This document shows positions 36,609 through 45,007 of a stretch of 64,000 bases of DNA, in pieces. Made by a program: the position numbers and the translations under genes. Location: contig JAGBFI010000038.1 in the NCBI GenBank assembly GCA_017936585.1, positions 46,503 through 110,502 of the forward strand. The letters are read 5' to 3'. The notes beneath the pieces were generated by a model. That model was not told the origin of the DNA. It ran no database searches and worked only from the letters and a program-made list of their open reading frames with translations. How positions within the stretch are numbered: the first letter of the stretch is position 1; every line of letters starts with the position of its first letter. This DNA comes from Clostridia bacterium. GTDB taxonomy: Bacteria; Bacillota; Clostridia; Christensenellales; UBA1242.

Positions 36609-37094
36609 TTAATCTTTTTGAATCTTGTCTTTAATATTGTCAAAACCAATAACAAGTGCTGTCAAAAACGGAATTTCTTTTTCGTCCGCTTCAAGCATGA
36701 AACTGTCAGCAATCAAAGTGAATTCTCTGACAATAACGCCAACCTCTTGCTCGTTTTTGAAAATTTTGCTTGTGCGTCCAAAAATTTTACCTTCAATCGA
36801 CATAGCGTCAACGCAATCCTCGATTTCATATTTTGCATTGAAACTCCATTTGTTCTTTTTGATTGTTGCAAGTTTGTTCTTTTGAGCATCAAAAATGAAA
36901 ACTTTATTTGCCAATGGATTAAACCATCTGTTTCTTACAACATAAAGCAACTCTTCCTTTGCATTGTAAATTTTCTTCTTTTTTGTTGGGCTGAATACTT
37001 TTCCTTTCACCTTGTATACAAGTTCTTTGTTTTCATTGAGAACTTCTGAACTCCCTCCAACTGAAACAACCTTGTTTTTAATAAATAATTTCAT
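36609..37094 (-). CDS. LURP-one-related (YxjI / tubby C-terminal-like) family protein
   Basis: MKLFIKNKVVSVGGSSEVLNENKELVYKVKGKVFSPTKKKKIYN...FIFDAQKNKLATIKKNKWSFNAKYEI matches the LOR/YxjI pattern, and the length is 161 aa. Confidence 0.55.
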   Translation of the reverse strand: MKLFIKNKVVSVGGSSEVLNENKELVYKVKGKVFSPTKKKKIYNAKEELLYVVRNRWFNPLANKVFIFDAQKNKLATIKKNKWSFNAKYEIEDCVDAMSIEGKIFGRTSKIFKNEQEVGVIVREFTLIADSFMLEADEKEIPFLTALVIGFDNIKDKIQKD

Positions 37095-37116
37095 GTTTTT
37101 TCTCCTTATATAAATT

Positions 37117-37617
37117 TTATAATAAAATAATCAAAACAACAGACAAAATTATCACTCCTGCAACAATACCAATCTTTGCTTTGTTCATTTTTTTGTGTTT
37201 TTTTTGAGCTTCCTTGTCATATCCCTGAACGTTGGAAAGTTCTTCAACCTTGGCTTCGCTTTCAATCTCCAAAACCTTTCCGCCATCCTCAAAATTCAAA
37301 ATCTTGAGTGTGACTTTTGAGTCCTTTTCCACATCAATCTTAAATCTGCAGTCAACGCATAAACATCTTTTTTCTTGTCTTACGTCAAAAATCCCAAAAA
37401 TGCTTATGATGAAATAAAGAAGATTCCACCAAAACCAACATTTTCCAGTGTAAGCATGACTTTTGTAAATCACAACGTCCACAGTCTTTTGTTCTGGTTC
37501 AACCACACATGTTCTGGTTCTGTTGTCATGCTTTTTCAGTTTGACATATTTCCCATTTGCCGTCATCATGTTTAAGGCAGTGTTGAAGCCAACAACTTCA
37601 ATTTCCAATTTTGTCAT
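37117..37617 (-). CDS. Hypothetical membrane protein (166 aa)
   Basis: It has a central TM segment (WFWWNLLYFIISIFGIF) and a C-terminal TM segment (IGIVAGVIILSVVLIILL). Its start overlaps the upstream stop (ATGA). Confidence 0.55.
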   Translation of the reverse strand: MTKLEIEVVGFNTALNMMTANGKYVKLKKHDNRTRTCVVEPEQKTVDVVIYKSHAYTGKCWFWWNLLYFIISIFGIFDVRQEKRCLCVDCRFKIDVEKDSKVTLKILNFEDGGKVLEIESEAKVEELSNVQGYDKEAQKKHKKMNKAKIGIVAGVIILSVVLIILL

Positions 37618-38132
37618 AGCAGCCCTCCAAGTGTGTAATACAAAACCAACCCCACAATGTTCAAAGCCATAAAAATTCCCAGAAACACAGTCCTAACAAT
37701 CCAGTTCTTTGGTCTCCCAATTGCCAAAAATGTTAAGCCAAGAGCACTCACTCCCAGTCCAATGATAGCAAAATACGGAATTGACATCACAACAATATTA
37801 ACCACTCCGGTCATGTCAGCAGGTGACTGAACTAGTCCTGACAGAATCCCCCACAAAAATGAAACTGGATTGTTTGGTGACACAAAAACAGTTCCAACGG
37901 TAAACAAAATTATTGCTGCAATCAAAACAAACAGAAGAATAACAATTCCCAGCCACAGCAAAGAATACATCATTGGAATTGCAACAATCGCAATCACGGA
38001 AATCAGTAAAACGATTGAACAAAAAAATCCCAAGTTTGAAAAAATCTTTCCAAACCTTGAGCATCTTGTTTGAGCAATAAACTGTGACGGAGGGCTGATT
38101 GAAAACCTTGTTTGCTCTTTATTTTCTTCCAT
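37614..38132 (-). CDS. Hypothetical polytopic membrane protein (172 aa)
   Basis: It has four or more hydrophobic helices. It is the first gene of a three-gene operon with the two genes downstream. Confidence 0.55.
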   Translation of the reverse strand: MEENKEQTRFSISPPSQFIAQTRCSRFGKIFSNLGFFCSIVLLISVIAIVAIPMMYSLLWLGIVILLFVLIAAIILFTVGTVFVSPNNPVSFLWGILSGLVQSPADMTGVVNIVVMSIPYFAIIGLGVSALGLTFLAIGRPKNWIVRTVFLGIFMALNIVGLVLYYTLGGLL

Positions 38133-38331
38133 AAATCCTCTCTTAAAAAGAGTTTAACATAAAAAATCATTTTTTCAAAACAAAAAAACGTTTTTTATGA
38201 TTTTATTCCAATTTTTATATAATCACGACTAAACTCTCAGTTTTTTCATCCTCAGTGATTTTTTCGAAAATGCTTTGAAACGCGAGCGTCATTGTGATAC
38301 AATATCATATAAAAAGATGAGAGGTAAAACA

Positions 38332-38985
38332 ATGGATAAAACAGTTCTGCACGATGTCTCATATGGATTATACATCGTTTCAACAAATTTAAGCGGCAAA
38401 AATGTTGGCTGCGTTGCAAACTCATTTTGCCAAATCACATCAAGCGATTTGACTGTTGCTTTAAGCTTAAATAAAAACAATTTCACAAACATCGCAATCA
38501 AGAAAAGTAAAAAGTTTGCATTGTCAATCATTTCAGAAGAGACAAATCCCGAACTTATCAAAACTTTCGGTTTTCAATCTTCAAGAGATGTGGATAAGTT
38601 TCAAAATTTTGAGTTTGACACAATTGAGGATCTTCCCGTTGTGAAAGAAAACACAACAGGCTGTATGATTTGTGAAGTTTTCAATATTGTTGACACTGGC
38701 ACACACGATATTTTTCTTGCACACGTGACAGATGCCGAACGATTCAACTCCATCACCCCAATGACATACTCATATTATCACAAAGTGGTCAAGGGCAAGA
38801 CTTCAAAGAACGCTCCAACTTATGTTGAAGAAGAAGTTTCAGCCACCGACAGCAAAAAATATAGATGTCTGCTTTGTGGATATATCTATGATGACGCAAA
38901 AGAGTCTATCCCGTTTGCAGAACTTCCAGATGACTGGCAATGTCCAATATGTGGCGCAACAAAATCGTTCTTCAAAGAAATTTAG
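38332..38985 (+). CDS. Flavin reductase-like domain fused to a C-terminal rubredoxin
   Basis: The start was taken at the ATG at 38332, which has a GAGAGG RBS. The flavin-reductase-like segment is YGLYIVSTNLSGKNVGCVANSFCQITS. The C-terminus YRCLLCGYIYDD...LPDDWQCPICGATKSFF is a canonical rubredoxin with two CxxCG motifs. Confidence 0.85.
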   Translation: MDKTVLHDVSYGLYIVSTNLSGKNVGCVANSFCQITSSDLTVALSLNKNNFTNIAIKKSKKFALSIISEETNPELIKTFGFQSSRDVDKFQNFEFDTIEDLPVVKENTTGCMICEVFNIVDTGTHDIFLAHVTDAERFNSITPMTYSYYHKVVKGKTSKNAPTYVEEEVSATDSKKYRCLLCGYIYDDAKESIPFAELPDDWQCPICGATKSFFKEI

Positions 38986-39118
38986 TCTTTTAAAAATAAA
39001 AAACACCAATTGTTTGGTATTTTTTTGTATTATAAAACCTACTGGGAATTTTCCTGATTTGTATCAACTTTAATTTAAAAAATAAAAGCCTTGAATAAGA
39101 CTTTTTGTTGCATGTATT

Positions 39119-39193
39119 TGGTGCTTCCGTCAGGATTCGAACCCGAACAAATGGTTCCGAAGACCATTGTGCTATCCATTACACCACGAAAGC
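39119..39193 (-). tRNA. tRNA-Arg (anticodon UCG)
   Basis: The reverse complement is GCTTTCGTGGTGTAATGGATAGCACAATGGTCTTCGGAACCATTTGTTCGGGTTCGAATCCTGACGGAAGCACCA. The acceptor stem is 7 bp, the anticodon stem is ATGGT/ACCAT with loop CTTCGGA, and it has a TTCGAAT T-loop and an encoded CCA. Confidence 0.8.
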
Positions 39194-39432
39194 ATATGTT
39201 TGTTGAGAATCTTCTCGGCTGGCAAAAGTAAACTTTTGATTGAATGTCGTTAGAGGTTTGTTCTCTGGAATGCTGCTTTTATCGCTTTTTAATATACTCC
39301 TTCTTGTCTCAAATGTCAAATTTATTTGTTTGTTGGCTCTCTTTGCTTGCTTTTTTTGTTCTTTATGTTTAAAATATATTTATATTATCAAGACTACATA
39401 CATAACTTTCGTGGTCGAAAAGGGGAATTTTT

Positions 39433-41430
39433 ATGAAAAAACCTGTCAAATTTTTGCTTTGCTTGATTTTGTTTGCAATCATCGGATATGCTGCTGGGGC
39501 CGCAATCTACTTCTTCACTCAAGACAATGTTGAACTTGTAAGTGCCTTGACAACAGACTATGCTTACTATGGTGCTGCCGGTGGAGCAGTGATTGGAATT
39601 GTCTTCTTCATGATGACAAAACCAAAAAAAGTGGTCAAGGATGAAAAGTCAAAAGGAAAAACTGCAAGCGGAAACGAGATGGAACTTTCTTATGATGCAC
39701 AATACCTTCCTGTTGACAAAATCAAAGACCAATTTGGTTTGATTTCAACAACATGGGCTCAACTTCCATCTTTGAAAAACACTGGAATTGTTTTCAGAAA
39801 CACAATTGAAAACAACAAATACAACATCGCGATGAAGGACGAATATCACTGTTTGATCATCGGAACAACCGCTTCTGGTAAGTCATCTTTGGTGCTTCTC
39901 CCATCCATTCGAATTTATGCCCACTCAGGCGAAAAACCATGCATGGTCATCTCCGACCCTAAAGGTGAGCTTTTTGAAAAGACAAGCCGTGTGCTTGAGG
40001 ACGAAGGATATCGTGTCATCACTTTAAACCTCCGTGACCCATTCTCTTCAACAAGATGGAACCCTATGGACCACGCGTTTGAACTTTATCACAAAGGCAA
40101 AAACTGCAAGAAGAACATAAAAAAGTGCTCAAATGGAACAAAACCAAAAGATGCCGGATATCGTGAAATCCCTGGCGAGACTTATGGACAAGAATGGTTT
40201 GGATTTGAAGGAATTGCCTATCCAAACGAAGATAGCCTCCGCGTGGCAGTCAACAGTGCCGAACAGGTTTATTGCGACCTTGCACAAAACGAACTTCGCG
40301 AAATCTGCAACACAATCGCTCCAAAATCAAGCGCTCAGGACCCCACATGGGAAGAAGGTGCTCAGGACTATTTGTATGGCTGCGCACTTGCGATGCTTGA
40401 AGACAGCTTAAATCCAGAACTTGGAATGACAAAAGAAAAGTTCAACTTCTATAACCTCTACAAAATTGCAACCTATCGTGACCCAGACGCTGAGGCTCCA
40501 TTTGAAACAGTGAGGAAATATCTCCTTCAAGGGAGAGATGCCGCAACATCAAACGTTCCAAACATGACATCAGCCGTAATCAACAACTCTCCAAACACAA
40601 CGAAATCATATTTGGGTGTTTTGAACGGAAAAATCTCATTCATGCAAGACATCGGTATTTCATATTTGACTTCAGAAAGCGACATCAGTTTTGACGACTT
40701 CACAAGCAAGCCAACAGCGTTCTACCTCATCATTCCTGATGATCGTGAAGAAAGACACAACCTTGCAATTTTGTGTTTGTCACAACTTTATAAGAGACTT
40801 GTTGACAAAGCAAACACTTGCCCAGGACAAAAGCTGCCAACTCACGTTTACTTCATCTTGGAAGAATTTGGTAACTTGCCACCAATTCCAAAGTTTGAAT
40901 CAATGATCACCGTATCCCGCGGAAGAAACATTCTTTATGAAATGGCAGTGCAGTCCTACACCCAGCTTGAGACAAAGTATGGTGCAGACAAAGCAAAAAC
41001 AATCATTGGAAACTGCAACGCTCAAATCTACATCGGAACAGACGACCAACCAACCCGTGACAGTTTTTCGAAAATGTGCGGCGAAGTTCAACTTCTTCAC
41101 GAAGAGAAAAACACTTCAGTTTCAAAGAGCGACAAAGACAAAGATGGGAAGCAGACAAGCACAAGCACTTCAACACAAAGAACAACTCGTTCGCTTATCA
41201 CACCTTATGAGCTTGGTCAGTTGAAATTTGGTGAAGTTATTGTCAAGATGTTCAGATATAATCCAATCAGAACAAACCTCACCCGTGTTGACCAAGTGCC
41301 ATTCTTCTATAAGAAAAATGCAGAACCTCAAATTGGAATCATGAAGAGTTTGGACACTCAAAAAGTTTATTATGACATCAAAATGAGAAACAAGAAAGTT
41401 TTGAAACAATCTTCTCCATTTGATTTCTAA
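39433..41430 (+). CDS. Type IV secretion coupling protein (VirD4/TraG/TraD family), membrane-anchored
   Basis: It has an AAAGGGGA RBS and N-terminal TM helices. Walker A is CLIIGTTASGKSS, and the Walker B region is HVYFILEEFGNLPPIP, typical of the TraG/TraD C-terminal domain. The length is 665 aa. Confidence 0.75.
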   Translation: MKKPVKFLLCLILFAIIGYAAGAAIYFFTQDNVELVSALTTDYAYYGAAGGAVIGIVFFMMTKPKKVVKDEKSKGKTASGNEMELSYDAQYLPVDKIKDQFGLISTTWAQLPSLKNTGIVFRNTIENNKYNIAMKDEYHCLIIGTTASGKSSLVLLPSIRIYAHSGEKPCMVISDPKGELFEKTSRVLEDEGYRVITLNLRDPFSSTRWNPMDHAFELYHKGKNCKKNIKKCSNGTKPKDAGYREIPGETYGQEWFGFEGIAYPNEDSLRVAVNSAEQVYCDLAQNELREICNTIAPKSSAQDPTWEEGAQDYLYGCALAMLEDSLNPELGMTKEKFNFYNLYKIATYRDPDAEAPFETVRKYLLQGRDAATSNVPNMTSAVINNSPNTTKSYLGVLNGKISFMQDIGISYLTSESDISFDDFTSKPTAFYLIIPDDREERHNLAILCLSQLYKRLVDKANTCPGQKLPTHVYFILEEFGNLPPIPKFESMITVSRGRNILYEMAVQSYTQLETKYGADKAKTIIGNCNAQIYIGTDDQPTRDSFSKMCGEVQLLHEEKNTSVSKSDKDKDGKQTSTSTSTQRTTRSLITPYELGQLKFGEVIVKMFRYNPIRTNLTRVDQVPFFYKKNAEPQIGIMKSLDTQKVYYDIKMRNKKVLKQSSPFDF

Positions 41431-41450
41431 CCAACATCAACTTTGTTAAA

Positions 41451-41478
41451 GGCACGCTTAAAAGGCGTGTCTTTTTTT
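41451..41478 (+). terminator. Rho-independent terminator after the coupling-protein gene
   Basis: The stem GGCACGC / GCGTGTC with a 7-nt loop is followed by TTTTTTT. Confidence 0.7.
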
Positions 41479-41535
41479 GTTTGAAACTTTCCATTTTTTT
41501 GTGACAAATAGAATTTTAAAATCATAAAAGAAAGT

Positions 41536-42009
41536 ATGGAAAACATTTATGATGATGAGCTTATGCCAGATAACTTTGAGCAAATCGCACGGGCGTATTC
41601 AAAATCTTTGAAAAAGAAAGGGTTTGTGTTCGTCCGCTTGGAGGAAGAGGAATTTAATTTGCTTTTGAGTGAAATCTCCGTTTTGCTTGAAAAGATGAAG
41701 GCTTGTTTGAAGAAATTAAACAAAGTGCTGGATTGCCGTGAACTTGAAGAACGGCTGAAAGAAACAAACTTTCTTCTGCAACAACAGTTTGAAATAAAAA
41801 CTACACACCCTTTCAAGTGTGTAGAAAATGAAAATATGGCATTTTTGAGCCTGGTTTCTTTGGAAAATTTGCTTATGTTGAAACTTATGCTCCTTGCCGT
41901 CAAGAGCGGCGAACTGGAACTTTGCAACAAAATCGTCACTTCCATTGCCAGCGTGTTTGCAAACAGTTTTCCAGTGGAAGGTTTTAGAATTTCAACACAG
42001 AGAAATTAG
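41536..42009 (+). CDS. Hypothetical helical protein (157 aa)
   Basis: The ORF has coding-like composition and follows the T4CP gene. I recognise no family. Confidence 0.45.
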   Translation: MENIYDDELMPDNFEQIARAYSKSLKKKGFVFVRLEEEEFNLLLSEISVLLEKMKACLKKLNKVLDCRELEERLKETNFLLQQQFEIKTTHPFKCVENENMAFLSLVSLENLLMLKLMLLAVKSGELELCNKIVTSIASVFANSFPVEGFRISTQRN

Positions 42010-42554
42010 CTCATCAAAAAGTCAGCAACATCTGGCAAGCAATCGTCAAGAGCTTCCAAGAAAACTCTGTTTTTTTCTGGGGTGTAAAGTGATGCCGTGT
42101 TTGAAATATTGACAAGGTTTTTTGGGTTGATTTTAAGTTCATCCACCATCCCCTCGCAAAGCAAGTTGCTTATCACCATGATGGCGTTGTCTTTTGTGAT
42201 GTTTCCTCTTCTCATGGCTTCAGTCAAAACCTCTTCGTCATCAATCAATTCTTCAAGTGCCGAATTGAGAAAAAACTCCATTTTTTCAAGTGCAAATTCG
42301 TTGCCGTTTGCCCCTGCCAAAATTTGCCATGACATGTAATATTCAAAATTTGGTGCAAGCAAATCTGGCACACCCTTGTTGAAAAAGTATGCCACGCAGT
42401 CTTGAGCAATACAATTTCCAGAAAGCGCTTTGGTGCAGAGTTCGGTGAAAACATCAGCGAAATCCCCATTCTCCACGCTGTTGAGCACATCCTTTCTGTA
42501 TTTAACAAATTTGTTGAAGGCTTCCTGCCTTTTTGTAAAATCTTTATAGTCCAC
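42006..42554 (-). CDS. Hypothetical protein (182 aa)
   Basis: The ORF starts at a GTG and converges on the previous gene. I recognise no family. Confidence 0.45.
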   Translation of the reverse strand: MDYKDFTKRQEAFNKFVKYRKDVLNSVENGDFADVFTELCTKALSGNCIAQDCVAYFFNKGVPDLLAPNFEYYMSWQILAGANGNEFALEKMEFFLNSALEELIDDEEVLTEAMRRGNITKDNAIMVISNLLCEGMVDELKINPKNLVNISNTASLYTPEKNRVFLEALDDCLPDVADFLMS

Positions 42555-42654
42555 TTGCGCATTTCAAAATTTGAAAAAACAAATTTTGCCTCCTTTTTTT
42601 ATTGTAACGAAAATCGCGCAAAAAAACAAATATTTTTCTTGAAAAACAGCTTCA

Positions 42655-43506
42655 TCAACAAAATTTTGAGGTTTTTTCTTTCTTTGCGGCGATATATGAA
42701 TCCACAATCGCAAGTTGAACCATTGGAATTGCCAGAAGCACAAGGTCGAAAACCCCCGCAAGCAGCACAAAAACGATGTAATAAATTGCGGTCACTTCCA
42801 AAAACATATCAAAAAGAACGATAATGAAATACATTGTGCTCATTGCAATACAAATTGAAGCCATGGACAGCAGCACAAAGAAAAAGATGTTCCAGCGGTG
42901 TCCTTTGACAATCTCCTTGCTCAAAATCAAAACACCTTTTGCGTCTAGGTCTGAACTTTCGTGCAAGATGAGTGGTGCAAAGGCATAGTTTAATGCGCAA
43001 ATTACGCCTGGTACAATCAAAAGACATGTCCAAAACAATATTGAAATCATTTTGACAACATAAACACAAAAGATTTTGACAATTTTCTTAACTGATACAA
43101 ACAAATCTTCAAATCTATATTTTTGCCCACACTCTTTTTTGTGGATATATGCGAAAACCCCCACTTCAAAATATATGCAAAGCAAAATCGGCAGCGCAAG
43201 GTTTACGACCGGCAAAAAACAAGCAAGAAAAATTGAAAACAAAACAACGAGATTTGCCAGCACAATGTCGCAAACGGAGCGGTCTCCCGCAAGATATTCA
43301 CTCACCATGCTTGACTTCCCCGTTTCCACGCGGTCTACAAAAGAGGTGTCAAATTCAGCAAAATTCTCAAAGCCCCGCTTCTTGCTCGGATCTTCTGCAC
43401 ATTCGACATTTTTTATCATCGCGCTCTTCGAAACGAGTCTAGATTTTTCGTAAACACTTTTTGGAAATTTCTCTATTCCATATTCTTTAATTTTTTGATT
43501 TTTCAT
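42655..43506 (-). CDS. Polytopic membrane protein (283 aa)
   Basis: It has five or more long hydrophobic helices after a soluble N-terminus of about 75 aa. The family is uncertain. Confidence 0.55.
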   Translation of the reverse strand: MKNQKIKEYGIEKFPKSVYEKSRLVSKSAMIKNVECAEDPSKKRGFENFAEFDTSFVDRVETGKSSMVSEYLAGDRSVCDIVLANLVVLFSIFLACFLPVVNLALPILLCIYFEVGVFAYIHKKECGQKYRFEDLFVSVKKIVKIFCVYVVKMISILFWTCLLIVPGVICALNYAFAPLILHESSDLDAKGVLILSKEIVKGHRWNIFFFVLLSMASICIAMSTMYFIIVLFDMFLEVTAIYYIVFVLLAGVFDLVLLAIPMVQLAIVDSYIAAKKEKTSKFC

Positions 43507-43558
43507 ATTAAATTTATGGACAAAAAAAAGACATTCAAAACAATGAATGCCTTTTTTG

Positions 43559-45007
43559 TTAAAGAATTGGTGAAAACAATCTAAAAACTGCCTGCAAAAA
43601 CTTTGTCAACCATCTCTTCTTTTTGAAATAAACGATGTCTGCTTGCTTGCAGTTTTTCAAATCTTCACTGTAATATTTGCGATACTCCGCATTCAACTCT
43701 TGTGAATACATGATGACAGTGTCCTCAAAGTTGAGTCCAAATGAGCGCTGATCCAAATTGCAGGTGCCGATTGAAAGTTTGTTGTCATCTACCACAATCA
43801 CTTTGCTGTGCAAAAAACCATCATAAAGGTATACATCTGCACCAAGTTCGACAAACTCTTTGAGATATGAGAGCGACACCCAAAAGATGGAATGATAGTC
43901 CGGCTTTGAAGGAATCATGATTTTCACTTTCACGCCACTTGCAAGTGCAATTCGAAGTGCGGACACAAACGATTCATCCGGCACAAAATACGGCGTTTGA
44001 ATGAGAATGCTCTCTTTCGCGTTTGCAATAAGTTTGATGAAAACCTCTTTGATTTTCTGCACTGGACTGTCAGGCCCAGACACCACAACTTGCATGTAAG
44101 CGTCTCCGCTTTTCACAACAGCAGGGAACAGCCCGTCTTCAATGTATTTTTGAGATGAGAAATTTTCTTTTTTGAGATATCTCCAATCGTTCAAAAACAC
44201 CGTTTGAAGTCCATAAACTCCGCTTCCAACAATGCGCAAATGTGTGTCTCTCCAAGGGGAAACCCTTTTCTTTTTGCCCATGTGGTCGTCACGAATGTTG
44301 ATCCCCCCCGTGTATGCCACTTTTCCGTCAATGACAACAATCTTTTTGTGATTTCGATAGTTCAATTTGAGATTTATCAAACGAATATGTGCAAAAGGCG
44401 GGAAAAACTCCGCAACCTCTCCCCCAGCTTTCTTCAGTTTTCTGAAAAAGCGTCTTGGGGCTCTCAGACAGCCAACAGAGTCGTAAATAAATCTGACTTT
44501 CACTCCTTCTTTGGCTTTTCTGATGAGCACGTCCATCACTCTTTTTCCGACTTCGTCATCAATAAAAATGTAATATTCCATGTTGATGCTTTCTTTTGCG
44601 GCTTCAAGGTCAGCAATAAGCGCCTCCACCTTGTCAGGGCCGTTTAAGAAAATTTGAACATCATTTGCGGGATACAAAATGCTTCCATAGTTGTAGCAAC
44701 ACTTGATTATCCCCTCATCATCTTTGAGTTTTTCTTTGATTTCGTCATTTGAAACAACAAATTTATTGATTGCTTCGTCATAGTCCACTTGATAAATCTT
44801 GTGATTTGCAATAAGCTTTCTTACGCGGATTGATAACCCACTGCCGAAGGCCATATACAAGATATAGCCTAAGATGGGCAAAAATGTGAGCACTGATGTC
44901 CAGCTGATGACACTTGAAAGTTTCTTTCTTTCAAGAAACACCATTGAAAGGAACAGCAGAAAGTTTAAAGATATGTATGCGATAAAAACCCAAAACCAAG
45001 CATTCAT
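43559..45007 (-). CDS. cls: Cardiolipin synthase (phospholipase D superfamily)
   Basis: It has two N-terminal TM helices and two HKD motifs (NHKKIVVIDGKVAYTGGINI and LHSKVIVVDDNKLSIGTCNLDQRS). The length is 482 aa. Its start overlaps the stop of the giant upstream gene (ATGA). Confidence 0.9.
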   Translation of the reverse strand: MNAWFWVFIAYISLNFLLFLSMVFLERKKLSSVISWTSVLTFLPILGYILYMAFGSGLSIRVRKLIANHKIYQVDYDEAINKFVVSNDEIKEKLKDDEGIIKCCYNYGSILYPANDVQIFLNGPDKVEALIADLEAAKESINMEYYIFIDDEVGKRVMDVLIRKAKEGVKVRFIYDSVGCLRAPRRFFRKLKKAGGEVAEFFPPFAHIRLINLKLNYRNHKKIVVIDGKVAYTGGINIRDDHMGKKKRVSPWRDTHLRIVGSGVYGLQTVFLNDWRYLKKENFSSQKYIEDGLFPAVVKSGDAYMQVVVSGPDSPVQKIKEVFIKLIANAKESILIQTPYFVPDESFVSALRIALASGVKVKIMIPSKPDYHSIFWVSLSYLKEFVELGADVYLYDGFLHSKVIVVDDNKLSIGTCNLDQRSFGLNFEDTVIMYSQELNAEYRKYYSEDLKNCKQADIVYFKKKRWLTKFLQAVFRLFSPIL

